This document shows, one piece after another, positions 40,070 through 49,179 of a stretch of 64,000 nucleotides of DNA (positions are counted from its first letter, which is position 1; each line of letters opens with the position of its first letter). The position numbers and the translations under genes were made by a program. Where the stretch lies: positions 91,807 through 155,806 of the forward strand of contig JAIXRY010000015.1 in NCBI GenBank assembly GCA_027484965.1, written 5' to 3'. Source of the DNA: a bacterium. Its GTDB lineage: Bacteria > Patescibacteriota > Minisyncoccia > Phycocordibacterales > UBA9973. The notes beneath the pieces were generated by a model that was not told the origin of the DNA, made no database searches, and saw nothing but the letters and a program-made list of their open reading frames with translations.

Positions 40070-41197
40070 ATGAACAACTTAGGGTTTTGGGAAAAATTTA
40101 CAAAAGATAAAAGAGGAGAAAATAATCCTTTTTTTGTTCTTGCTCCAATGGCAGATGTTACAGATCCAGCTTTTCGTCAAATCATTTGTAAATATTCTCG
40201 CCACGGAGAAGAAGGTGGTGGTCCTGATGTTGTTTGGACAGAATTCGTTTCAGCTGATGGTCTTACTCATGAAATAGGTAGAGAATCACTTCTTCGTGAC
40301 TTGGCTTTTACAGAAGCTGAACGTCCTATTGTGGCACAGCTTTTCTCTGCTCATCCAGATAAGATGCGAAAAGCTGCTGAAATAGTAGCAAGTCTCGGAT
40401 TTGATGGTGTTGATATTAATATGGGTTGCCCTGATAGGACTATAGAGAAGCAAGGTGCAGGTGCGTGCATGATGAAGACTCCAGATGTGGCAGTAGAAAT
40501 TATTCGCGCTGCAAAAGAAGGTATAAAAGACGCAGGTAAAAATATTCCAATATCTGTGAAGACTCGTGTTGGTTACAATAAAGTAGAAATAGATACTTGG
40601 ATACCGACAATCCTTAAAGAAGGTGTTGCTGTACTTACTGTGCATGCCCGTACTCGCAAAGACCTTTCTCTTGTTCCTGCAAATTGGAATTATATAGAAG
40701 AAGTTGTGAAGCTTCGAGACTCTCTTGGTGTAGAAACTTTAATCATAGGAAATGGTGATGTTAGAGATATAAAAGATGGTATAGATAAATCAAAAAATAC
40801 AGGTTGTGATGGAGTTATGATCGGACGTGCAGTGTTTGGTAATCCATGGATATTTGATAGAAGACAAACAAAAAAGACAGTTTCAAAATATGTAAAAATA
40901 AAAGAATATGTCGGAGGGGTATTGCTTCGTTTTGGATGGAAAACTAACGCTCACAAATATTGGCTCCACCAAGAAGAAATTATTCCGCTGTCAGAAAAAC
41001 TAAAAGTTCTAATAGAACACTCAGAACTTTTTGAGAAATTACTCGGAGATGTAAAACATTTTTCAATAATGAAAAAACATTTCAAAGCTTATGCACATGG
41101 ATTTAAAGGTGCAAAAGAACTCCGCACAGAACTTATGGATAATGGGAACAACTCAAAAGCTGTAAAAGAAATAGTAGATAAATTTCTAAACAAATAA
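40070..41197 (+). CDS. dus: tRNA-dihydrouridine synthase
   Basis: LAPMADVTDPAFRQI, DINMGCP and catalytic-Cys region of Dus family. Confidence 0.8.
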   Translation: MNNLGFWEKFTKDKRGENNPFFVLAPMADVTDPAFRQIICKYSRHGEEGGGPDVVWTEFVSADGLTHEIGRESLLRDLAFTEAERPIVAQLFSAHPDKMRKAAEIVASLGFDGVDINMGCPDRTIEKQGAGACMMKTPDVAVEIIRAAKEGIKDAGKNIPISVKTRVGYNKVEIDTWIPTILKEGVAVLTVHARTRKDLSLVPANWNYIEEVVKLRDSLGVETLIIGNGDVRDIKDGIDKSKNTGCDGVMIGRAVFGNPWIFDRRQTKKTVSKYVKIKEYVGGVLLRFGWKTNAHKYWLHQEEIIPLSEKLKVLIEHSELFEKLLGDVKHFSIMKKHFKAYAHGFKGAKELRTELMDNGNNSKAVKEIVDKFLNK

Positions 41198-41198
41198 T

Positions 41199-41236
41199 GA
41201 AAGAGATGCCTCCCTACGGGAGGCATCTCTTTCATT
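41199..41236 (+). terminator. rho-independent terminator
   Basis: aaagagatgcctccc-tac-gggaggcatctcttt hairpin. Confidence 0.6.
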
Positions 41237-41243
41237 TGTAAGA

Positions 41244-41774
41244 TTGACATTTATTTCAAAATCTATAAAGTATAGAAAAACAATTATAAAGATGAATACA
41301 GTACAAAACGAGGAACTTTTTGAGATAGTCTTAGAAAGTCAGGTTATAGGAATTCTTGAAGGAGTTCAGTTTAAAGAATCAGTGAAAGAATTTATTGTAA
41401 AACACTGGGGCAAAGAATTTTTGAGTAAAAATTTTGATATCTTGTTTGATGAGGTAAGTCTAGGAAAGAAGATCGTCATTATTAAGCTTTTGAGAGATTC
41501 TAATACTTCACAGATTATTAAAAGAATAAAAAAAGAAGGTTTAATATTAGGTAATTCTCTTGCTCTCGCTTTTGCAACTCTTTCAGCAAAAGATAATCTT
41601 CCAAAAAATGTTTACATCCGCTCTCTTGATGAAGCAGAAAATCTACCACCTGCTTTTGATGGTGACAGAAAAATCCCTTCAGTGTTTATAACAGAAGAAG
41701 GAGATATTTTTGATTTTTGTTATCTGAAACAAGGATTCCTAAAAGGTAAATGTTTTATTGTGTTTTCTGACTAG
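41244..41774 (+). CDS. hypothetical protein
   Basis: 176 aa; possible start at 41292 (MNTVQNEELFEI); followed by terminator agccctc-gtat-gagggttttcttttt. Confidence 0.4.
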   Translation: MTFISKSIKYRKTIIKMNTVQNEELFEIVLESQVIGILEGVQFKESVKEFIVKHWGKEFLSKNFDILFDEVSLGKKIVIIKLLRDSNTSQIIKRIKKEGLILGNSLALAFATLSAKDNLPKNVYIRSLDEAENLPPAFDGDRKIPSVFITEEGDIFDFCYLKQGFLKGKCFIVFSD

Positions 41775-41814
41775 CCCTCGTATGAGGGTTTTCTTTTTGG
41801 TATAATATAAACCT

Positions 41815-42852
41815 ATGTCATCAGTATCACTTTATCGCAAATATCGTCCATCTGTCTTCTCTGAAGTTCTTGGGCAAGAACACATTGTTTCCGTACTCGA
41901 GACTTCTATTAAGAATAATAAAGTAGGGCATGCATACCTCTTCTCTGGGACTCGTGGTACAGGCAAGACTTCTATTGCACGTATCTTTGCAAAAGAGCTT
42001 GGTACAGCACCTGAAGATATTATAGAGCTCGACGCTGCTTCAAATCGTCGTATTGATGATATTCGTGAAATTCGTGATGGGGTAAACACTCTTCCTTTTT
42101 CTTCAAAATACAAAGTATATATTATTGATGAAGTGCATATGCTTACAACAGAGGCATTCAATGCACTTCTGAAAACTCTCGAAGAGCCACCAGCTCATGT
42201 CATATTTATTCTCGCAACAACAGAGCTCGACAAAGTTCCAGACACAATCCTTTCACGTTGTGAATCATATCGTTTTAAAACTCCAACAACTGCAACTTTG
42301 AAAGATGTTGTATTGTCTGTATCAGAAAAAGAAGGCTATGTTGTAGACCAAAGTACTGCAGAGACTATTGCACTTCTTGGTGATGGATCATTTCGTGACA
42401 CTCTCGGAACACTACAAAAAATATTAGTTATATCAAAAGACAAGAAAATTGATCCAGAAGAAGTTACTCTTATTACAGGTGCACCAAATCAATCTCTTAT
42501 AAATGAATTTTTGGAAAGCCTTATTGATCGTGATCAAGAACGCGCACTCTCTATCGTAAAAAAAGCAGAAAACAACAAAATGAATCCAGAGCTTTTCCTT
42601 CGTCTTTCTCTTGAGAAATTTCGTACAATTCTTCTATTACGCATTGCACCTACAACAGGGAAGACTTTCGCTGGAAGTTATAGTGTGACAGACCAAGAAG
42701 TCTTGAAGAATCTTTCAGAGAAGAAGAGTTCTGTTCTTGTGTCAAAGTCGCTTGGTCTATTCTTGGATACAGATGAAAGAATTAGAAAAATTTCTCTTCC
42801 TTGGACACTCTTTGATTTATTGGTGATGGAGATATTGGAAGATAATAAATAA
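41815..42852 (+). CDS. dnaX: DNA polymerase III gamma/tau subunit (short)
   Basis: GQEHIVSVLETSIKNNKVGHAYLFSGTRGTGKTS Walker A; sensor motifs. Confidence 0.8.
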   Translation: MSSVSLYRKYRPSVFSEVLGQEHIVSVLETSIKNNKVGHAYLFSGTRGTGKTSIARIFAKELGTAPEDIIELDAASNRRIDDIREIRDGVNTLPFSSKYKVYIIDEVHMLTTEAFNALLKTLEEPPAHVIFILATTELDKVPDTILSRCESYRFKTPTTATLKDVVLSVSEKEGYVVDQSTAETIALLGDGSFRDTLGTLQKILVISKDKKIDPEEVTLITGAPNQSLINEFLESLIDRDQERALSIVKKAENNKMNPELFLRLSLEKFRTILLLRIAPTTGKTFAGSYSVTDQEVLKNLSEKKSSVLVSKSLGLFLDTDERIRKISLPWTLFDLLVMEILEDNK

Positions 42853-42855
42853 TAT

Positions 42856-43395
42856 ATGATTGATATTAAAGATAATCCTTCACTTGTTTCTTATTCAAAT
42901 ACAGTCACAGAAATAAAACCAGAAACTTTAGAAAAGGTTAAGTATTCTAAATTTGGATTAGTTTTGGATATATTGTTAGAATCATTATGGATTTTTGCTA
43001 TTTTATTTGTTTTTACATATCTTAAAATAAACAAAGAAACCCTTGGTGGTTTCGGTGGAATAATGGTTTTATATTTTGTAATGTTTTTTGTTGTTGTTTC
43101 TGTGTTTTTTGGAGTTTTTGGTTTTTTTACATCTGAAAAGATAATAATAAAATTAAAAAATAATAACGAAAAAATACCAAAACTTTTAAAATTTCAACAT
43201 ATTTTATCTTCTTTGATTTTTTATTCAACTTTATCTTTAATGGTTTCTTTAATAGTATTATTACCCTTATCTTTTATTAAAGATATTAGAAATATTTCTG
43301 AAGTTTATGGAAGAATTATATTTGCTATACCTTTTATTTTGTCACTGTACATTTTTCTGAAGCATCATTTTAGAGAGATTTTTAAACAAAATTAA
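42856..43395 (+). CDS. multi-pass membrane protein, hypothetical
   Basis: 179 aa, four or more hydrophobic helices; followed by a terminator at 43394-43430. Confidence 0.4.
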   Translation: MIDIKDNPSLVSYSNTVTEIKPETLEKVKYSKFGLVLDILLESLWIFAILFVFTYLKINKETLGGFGGIMVLYFVMFFVVVSVFFGVFGFFTSEKIIIKLKNNNEKIPKLLKFQHILSSLIFYSTLSLMVSLIVLLPLSFIKDIRNISEVYGRIIFAIPFILSLYIFLKHHFREIFKQN

Positions 43396-43443
43396 AGAGC
43401 GGTGCCGTATGGCGCCGCTCTTTATTTTTCTAAATCCTTTAAA

Positions 43444-43767
43444 CTATTGTTTCGGAGGAAGTGTAGTGTCTGTATTTTCTGGTGATACCACTGGTTGTTC
43501 CATTTGAATATTTTTCATCATTCCATCTTTGTTCCATTGTCCTTTTTCCATTTTTTGCATCTTCATCATTTTTCCACGCATATCATTTCCACGCATTTCG
43601 TGACGGAAACTTTTCACCATTCCAACTTGTACACCAAGCCAGAAAATAAAAAGAACGAAAATAATTTTTATAATACTTTTTCCAAAATGACAGTGCATCA
43701 TCTTAGAATTCTTCATCCATGTGCAACCTTTGCAGTCGCATGTATTTGTTTGTTCTTTTTGTTCCAT
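43444..43767 (-). CDS. small membrane protein with Cys/His cluster and Met-rich tail (possible metal binding)
   Basis: CDCKGC...HCH near the N-terminus; MRGNDMRGKMMKMQKMEKGQWNKDGMMKNIQM Met-rich region resembling Cu(I) Met-motifs. Confidence 0.4.
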   Translation of the reverse strand: MEQKEQTNTCDCKGCTWMKNSKMMHCHFGKSIIKIIFVLFIFWLGVQVGMVKSFRHEMRGNDMRGKMMKMQKMEKGQWNKDGMMKNIQMEQPVVSPENTDTTLPPKQ

Positions 43768-43863
43768 ATATATAAATTAACGTTATTAAATGGCTTTTAT
43801 GTGCCTTACTATATTATACGCTAAAGTATGGTATTTTATTTCAAATAGTTACTTTATTTTTCT

Positions 43864-44898
43864 ATGTGTTACACTTTGTATATGAATGGTTCAAAAATAA
43901 TCGAGAAATACTTCTTCTTTTTCCTTCTCCTTGTCACGGCGTCTTTTGTGGGGATGATACTTTTCCCATTTTTTAGGGTTATTGTGATTGGAATATCTAT
44001 TTCAGTCGTTCTCTATCCTTTGTATTTATGGATAGAAAAATACACCTCAAAAAAACACAACTGGATTCCTTCGTTACTAACAACCTTAATTTTTCTTGTA
44101 GGTCTTTGTATTCCTCTCTATATACTAGGCTCAACACTATTCAATCAATTTCAAAGCTTTTATTATTCTCTTAATACAACGAGCGCTCAATCAATTCTAA
44201 CAACAGTAGGGAACTCTCTGAATAATTTTCTTCCAAATGGGATAGCTTTTGATGTTCAAAAAGAAATTAGCACTATTACTTCTTCTTTTTCAAGTAATAT
44301 ACAAGGTATATTTTCTGCAACAGCCAAGACTGTCTTAATGTTCGTAATATTTTTACTTATCATATTCTATTTCCTTAAAGAGGGAAGTTCCTGGAAGAAG
44401 AAATATATACAAATGAGTCCACTGAATGAAAAACACAATGAAAAAGTTCTAAGTACTCTATCAAATACAATCAATGGCACCATAAAAGGGTACCTGATTA
44501 TTTCAGTGGTTCAAGGATTACTTATGGGTGTAGGGCTTGCAATATTTGGTGTACCTCACGCCGTGCTTTGGGCTTTTGTGACTAGCATTGCTTCTCTTAT
44601 TCCAACTATTGGTACAGCTTTAGTATCAGTACCAATTATTCTTTATTTATTCAGTATAGGTGAAACAGGAAATGCTGTAGGGCTCGCTGTCTGGTCAGCA
44701 ACTTTCGTGGGTACAATAGACAATTTCTTGAGTCCTTATATTGTGAGCAAACAAATAAAGATTTCTCCGCTCTTTATACTCCTTTCAGTTCTTGGAGGTA
44801 TTACACTTATGGGTCCTGTTGGAATAATTATAGGACCACTTGCAATAAGTCTTTTAAATGAACTTATTATTATATATAGAGAGGATAGTATTGAGTAG
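43864..44898 (+). CDS. AI-2E family (UPF0118/PerM-like) transporter
   Basis: 344 aa, about 8 TMs, ASLIPTIGTALVSVPIILYL motif. Confidence 0.55.
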   Translation: MCYTLYMNGSKIIEKYFFFFLLLVTASFVGMILFPFFRVIVIGISISVVLYPLYLWIEKYTSKKHNWIPSLLTTLIFLVGLCIPLYILGSTLFNQFQSFYYSLNTTSAQSILTTVGNSLNNFLPNGIAFDVQKEISTITSSFSSNIQGIFSATAKTVLMFVIFLLIIFYFLKEGSSWKKKYIQMSPLNEKHNEKVLSTLSNTINGTIKGYLIISVVQGLLMGVGLAIFGVPHAVLWAFVTSIASLIPTIGTALVSVPIILYLFSIGETGNAVGLAVWSATFVGTIDNFLSPYIVSKQIKISPLFILLSVLGGITLMGPVGIIIGPLAISLLNELIIIYREDSIE

Positions 44899-44903
44899 TA
44901 ATT

Positions 44904-45524
44904 TTATAGAATTATATTCTCTATTTCCGCTAATACTTTGAATTCAGCTTCTGTTTCTGGGGTTTTGTCAAAGTGCATAGGGATAACTTGTCCTATAGAT
45001 TTGAATTGTTTTACGAAATCAATCGCTTCTTGTGGTCCGAATGTATAGTGTCCTCCGACAGGAATAAGAGCTATATCTACTTCAAGTGTGCTTACATCTA
45101 TTCCAGATGAGTAGAACATATCACCGGCAAAGTATATTTTTTCTCCATCGAATTCTATAAGAAATCCAAAGTTTTCTTTTGGCCTTACTGTTGCATTTGG
45201 TCCATGATCAACATCAAAAAATAAGACTTTGAAATCTGGTGTTTCTAATAGGTCTCCAACCTTCACTTCTTCAACATCAAAAAACACAGCTTCTTCGGCA
45301 AGTAAATCAATACATTCTTTATTCAAATATAATTTGAGAGGGGAAAGTGCTTTTATGTGTTCAGCAGAGAAGTGGTCTCCGTGAATATGTGATACTAACA
45401 TTGCGTCCACTGACAATTTCTCTAGTTTTTCTAGTGGAGTAAATCCGGCAATATCTATCGCTATTTTATAGCCACTTGTGGATTCAAGTATGAACCCAGA
45501 TTGTTCAAATTTTTGTATCTTCAT
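44904..45524 (-). CDS. MBL-fold metallo-hydrolase
   Basis: LVSHIHGDHF (HxHxDH) motif. Confidence 0.7.
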   Translation of the reverse strand: MKIQKFEQSGFILESTSGYKIAIDIAGFTPLEKLEKLSVDAMLVSHIHGDHFSAEHIKALSPLKLYLNKECIDLLAEEAVFFDVEEVKVGDLLETPDFKVLFFDVDHGPNATVRPKENFGFLIEFDGEKIYFAGDMFYSSGIDVSTLEVDIALIPVGGHYTFGPQEAIDFVKQFKSIGQVIPMHFDKTPETEAEFKVLAEIENIIL

Positions 45525-45770
45525 ACTGAGATTATATCATATTGAGTTTTTTTCGAAATTCTTGTATTATAGTGGAGTTACGTTAAAAATATTGGAAATG
45601 TCTGAATTTGAGTTTTTAAAGAACAATTTATTGTTGCTTTAAAAAGCTCAAATTCACTTCGCGGATTGCCGTCTTTGGGCAACCAAGAAGCGAATGGTAG
45701 GAATAAAAAGTAATCTTCTTTACTTTTTATCTGATCCAAAGGAATTTCTTTTAATTCTTATGTTTATTGC

Positions 45771-45841
45771 TGGGGAATCGTCTAATGGTAGGACTTCGGA
45801 TTTTGGTTCCGACTATCTAGGTTCGAGTCCTAGTTCCCCAG
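45771..45841 (+). tRNA. tRNA-Gln (anticodon TTG)
   Basis: U1-A72 acceptor TGGGGAA/TTCCCCA, D-loop TAATGGTAG, anticodon stem TCGGA/TCCGA with loop TTTTGGT, T-arm CTAGG-TTCGAGT-CCTAG. Confidence 0.75.
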
Positions 45842-45866
45842 CTATATACGGAAGAATTAAGAAATA

Positions 45867-45961
45867 GGGGATTTTGGTTCCGTTTATCTAGGCGCCTATT
45901 TTTAAAGAACTGAGTGATTATAAAAATAGTGCGTTTCGAAGAGGCGAGTCCTAGTTCCCCA
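45867..45961 (+). pseudogene. tRNA-Gln 3'-fragment copy interrupted by a ~50-nt palindromic insertion
   Basis: ggggattttggttccgtttatctagg + [cgc-ctattttta...tataaaaatag-tgcg tttcgaagag] + gcgagtcctagttcccca mirrors the anticodon-to-3' part of the adjacent tRNA-Gln but lacks the 5' half. Confidence 0.35.
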
Positions 45962-46118
45962 ACCAATAAGAGTTAGAACAAATACGTCTAGTCGATTGAT
46001 AGATAAAAGCTTTCCACAAAATAGGTATTTATTTGTATTACGCACCGGGATATAATGTAACTTATATGAAAAAGTGTTTTATAATAGATAAATTAACGAT
46101 TACATTTGCACTCCTCTC

Positions 46119-46442
46119 ATGGTTTGTACCTTTATTTGTCAGTTTTTTTTAGTAGATCCAGAAACAAAAGTAACCATTATTAATCCAATACTTTTTAAAG
46201 TATTGATGATTGTAATTGTTACTATCATAACTTTTTATGGTTATAGTAAAATAAATACAAAAACTGGTATAAGTATTCAGACGTCTAATACTTTTTTGGC
46301 TCTTAATTTTTTACTAGACATTGTAGTTCTAATAGTGTTGTTTAGTGTTCCTTTTATGGTATGGGCTACAACCATACTACCTGTATATATACTAGTGTTT
46401 TACGGAGTGTGCTTTATCATTAAAGGACATGGTATTCAGTAG
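46119..46442 (+). CDS. small membrane protein, hypothetical
   Basis: 107 aa, three TM helices; contains a T8 tract at 46143-46150. Confidence 0.35.
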   Translation: MVCTFICQFFLVDPETKVTIINPILFKVLMIVIVTIITFYGYSKINTKTGISIQTSNTFLALNFLLDIVVLIVLFSVPFMVWATTILPVYILVFYGVCFIIKGHGIQ

Positions 46443-46815
46443 TTTTAATCCACCGTTTACAAATAAAACTCTAGAGGACTTTTTTGAATTTTATACAAAA
46501 CATACTAATGACGCTAATACTCTTAGAGACTGGATTTTAGATACTTACCCAGATTTAGATATAGGTCTTTCCTATCACGTTCCTTTTTTCTATATAAACA
46601 AAAAGAAGTTATTTTACTTATACTATTTCAAAAATGAAGACGAAGAACTTGCTCTTGAAATCAGTTTTATTAAAGGTGTAAATATAAAAGATAAATATGT
46701 TTTGTTTCAAGAAAAAAACAAAGAGACTAAGTCTATAATTATTACAAATGTATCTGCGCCATTTTTGGATAAACTAAGGTATTACATAGATACTGTAATT
46801 GAACAAAATATTTAA
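46429..46815 (+). CDS. DUF1801/YdhG-like protein, putative
   Basis: About 128 aa; LRDWILDTYPDLDIGLSYHVPFFYINKKKLFYLYYFKN pattern resembles YdhG family. Confidence 0.4.
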   Translation: MVFSSFNPPFTNKTLEDFFEFYTKHTNDANTLRDWILDTYPDLDIGLSYHVPFFYINKKKLFYLYYFKNEDEELALEISFIKGVNIKDKYVLFQEKNKETKSIIITNVSAPFLDKLRYYIDTVIEQNI

Positions 46816-47085
46816 TATATACTCTCAAGTACCGTCGAAAGTGAAGGCATCAACGACAGCCTTACAGAGCTTGACCAACCACGATTCTAGCTCAAGTACT
46901 CCAGCAATACTATATAAAAACACCCGCGATAAAGTGGGTGTTTTTATATAGTATATTGTTGCTGTGTGGACTCGAACTGTGGGTCGCAATCCTCGTCGAG
47001 AGGATGAAGGTCTCGAACTCAGCATAGTGAGAGAAGAGTCCTAGTTTCTCAGTATTATGTAAAAAATTATTCAAGAGTTAAAAAA

Positions 47086-47119
47086 TAAAAAAGTCTCCAT
47101 TATTAATGGAGACTTAAAA
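47086..47119 (-). terminator. rho-independent terminator for the 47120-47629 gene
   Basis: aaaaaagtctccat-tatta-atggagactt; the T-run is on the minus strand. Confidence 0.5.
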
Positions 47120-47629
47120 TTATTGTACTTGATGTGGAACTATATTTAATAGCGTGTCAAGCGGTTGTTTTAAAAGTTTGTGCAAATCTTTGATTATTTC
47201 TTTGCAATTTTTTCCTTTAATGGAGATAGAACGTGCTTCCATTATTTCTCTATCTTTACCTGAAAATATGTCAGCAGCTATAATCTGAACTTTACCACCT
47301 TTTTTAAGTACAGCTCTCATATATCCTCCATTTAAATGTTCTCGTTTAATTGTAAAAATAAAATCTTGAAAAACTATTGTAATCTCAAGTCTCAATACAC
47401 CCCAAAGTGTTTTCCTCTTTTTCTCTGAAGTAGGGTTATGACATCCTGTTCCATGAATATTGTAATTTTCTAGCCTATTTAATTTCCCAGGTCTGTTTTC
47501 ATAAAAAATTAAAGAAGTAAGTAGTGTTGCAATAACAATATCATTTTCAGAAGGCTCTTCTTTCTCTAATAAAGATTGAAGGTTTTTAATTTGGTCAGGA
47601 CTGTCCCGATTTTTAAAATCTATTTTCAT
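47120..47629 (-). CDS. orphan hypothetical protein
   Basis: 169 aa soluble protein, sole minus-strand gene in an AT-rich island-like stretch. Confidence 0.4.
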   Translation of the reverse strand: MKIDFKNRDSPDQIKNLQSLLEKEEPSENDIVIATLLTSLIFYENRPGKLNRLENYNIHGTGCHNPTSEKKRKTLWGVLRLEITIVFQDFIFTIKREHLNGGYMRAVLKKGGKVQIIAADIFSGKDREIMEARSISIKGKNCKEIIKDLHKLLKQPLDTLLNIVPHQVQ

Positions 47630-48012
47630 ATTATTTAATTTTTTAATTTACTTTATAATATAGTATTTTTTTTAATCTGTCAATATATACTATATGTATA
47701 GATTGTATAGTTTAATTTTCTTTCAACAGGTATTTCAAAATCAGAAATTTTTCCATGTTAAAATTATTAAGAACAACAAATTAATAAGTAAATGAGAAAA
47801 ATAAAATATTATAGTAAAATTTTTTTCTGAATATTTTTATTTATGTTTATTTTTAAACAAAATAAAATTATGCCTAATCCTAAAATGAGGAGGGGAAGAA
47901 AAGTAGAAAGAATTCACTCATAAAGCCGCAAGTATGCGGCTTTTATAATTACTTGCTTTTTTGTCTTAATGTGTTAAAATTGTATCGAAACCTTTAAAAA
48001 TATTTTATTATT

Positions 48013-48219
48013 ATGAAAAAGTTCTTTTTATTATTGATTGTTTTTATGTTGTTTGTTCCTGGGTCATACGCTCAGACAGGTCCAGGTGAGGATGACCTTG
48101 AAGAAACAGGAGATGATGTGCCTATATCAGGAGTTGAATTTCTTGTTCTTTCAGCTGTTGCTTTTGGATTTTATTCTGTAAACAAAAAACAAAAAGAATT
48201 GAAAAGCATTACTGCTTAA
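48013..48219 (+). CDS. small exported peptide with C-terminal TM anchor and basic tail
   Basis: Signal peptide, acidic stretch, VPISGVEFLVLSAVAFGFYSV-NKKQKELK; terminator immediately downstream. Confidence 0.35.
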   Translation: MKKFFLLLIVFMLFVPGSYAQTGPGEDDLEETGDDVPISGVEFLVLSAVAFGFYSVNKKQKELKSITA

Positions 48220-48225
48220 TTACTA

Positions 48226-48257
48226 AAAAGCCGCGTTAGACGCGGCTTTAATTTTTC
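48226..48257. terminator. bidirectional terminator
   Basis: aaaaagccgcg-ttaga-cgcggctttaattttt. Confidence 0.6.
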
Positions 48258-48260
48258 TAA

Positions 48261-48758
48261 TTAATGAACGTGTTTTTTCTTTTTCCAAAAATGATAGAAG
48301 ACACACCCTAGTATTCCACTTATCACTACCGCTTCTATTGGTTCATGTGTGTTTTCTGGAATTTCTAATCCGACAGCTTTTGAAATTATAAATATTCCAA
48401 CCAAAAGAATTCCTGTTAGAATTATTGTCTTTTTTGGGTTCTTTGTATGGGTTAAGCTCTCTTCATAAAGAAAGACTATATCCATTCCAATGTGGAGGAT
48501 TCCAAATAGATAATCTTGTAATTTGTAAGTTTCTAAATATATTCCATGAGTTATCATGTCTATTCCCATATGTATCATTAATAAGAAAAGGGCTACTCTC
48601 CCGTGATATGAGTGTGATATAAGTGCAAGAAGAAGACCTGCAATAAGTCCTATTATTACAAGCGGATTTAAAAAAGGTAACTCTATTGCGTGGAATATTA
48701 AAACACCCGCATATATTACAAGGAAAGCTTTAAAAAATTTGTGATGATGATGTTTCAT
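48261..48758 (-). CDS. His-rich multi-pass membrane protein (possible metal transporter)
   Basis: MKHHHHK start; His residues within predicted TMs (HSYHG, HMGIDMITHG, HIGMD); divergent from a Fur-family regulator. Confidence 0.45.
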   Translation of the reverse strand: MKHHHHKFFKAFLVIYAGVLIFHAIELPFLNPLVIIGLIAGLLLALISHSYHGRVALFLLMIHMGIDMITHGIYLETYKLQDYLFGILHIGMDIVFLYEESLTHTKNPKKTIILTGILLVGIFIISKAVGLEIPENTHEPIEAVVISGILGCVFYHFWKKKKHVH

Positions 48759-48784
48759 ATTTATTTTTTTTATTCATTCTACTC

Positions 48785-48807
48785 TATTTGCAAGTGGCTT
48801 GCAAATA
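48785..48807. promoter_or_regulatory. perfect 10-3-10 palindrome, candidate Fur-family operator
   Basis: tatttgcaag-tgg-cttgcaaata in the divergent promoter region between the His-rich membrane gene and the Fur-family regulator. Confidence 0.4.
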
Positions 48808-49164
48808 AGGTACCATAAAATACATATGAAGACTAACAAATGTAAACAAAATATATTGTCTGTATTGTCTCAAAATCACTTACTTAGTATTAAAGATATG
48901 CAAAAGAAGTTGGGTAATAATGATTTCTCTACCATTTTTAGGAATGTTCTAAATCTCGAAAAAGAAGGATATATAAAGAAAGTAATTATAGAAAAAGATG
49001 TTACTATGTATGAGCTTGTATCTCATAATCACAATCATTTTATCTGTAATAAATGTAAAAAAATTGAAGAAATATTTTTATCTGGTTTTTCAGGGTTCAT
49101 TTCTAAAGATTTTAATGTTCAAGATATTACAGTCAGGGGACTTTGTAATGGGTGTAATAAATAA
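48799..49164 (+). CDS. Fur-family transcriptional regulator (Fur/Zur/PerR-like)
   Basis: N-terminal winged helix, HNHFICNKC...CNGCN metal-binding Cys motifs; the true start is probably 48826 (MKTNKCKQ), which places the palindrome upstream. Confidence 0.7.
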   Translation: MQIRYHKIHMKTNKCKQNILSVLSQNHLLSIKDMQKKLGNNDFSTIFRNVLNLEKEGYIKKVIIEKDVTMYELVSHNHNHFICNKCKKIEEIFLSGFSGFISKDFNVQDITVRGLCNGCNK

Positions 49165-49179
49165 TATAATCTATCTTAC

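Noticed and set aside
46143-46150. T8 homopolymer near the 5' end of the 46119 CDS as a phase-variation switch
   Set aside because: Tract is short (8 nt) and AT homopolymers of this length are frequent in a roughly 35% GC genome; no evidence of length heterogeneity.
46825-47025. 66-aa minus-strand ORF
   Set aside because: It lies in a GC-rich structured non-coding stretch, has a Ser/Arg/Pro-rich low-complexity translation and no ribosome-binding context.
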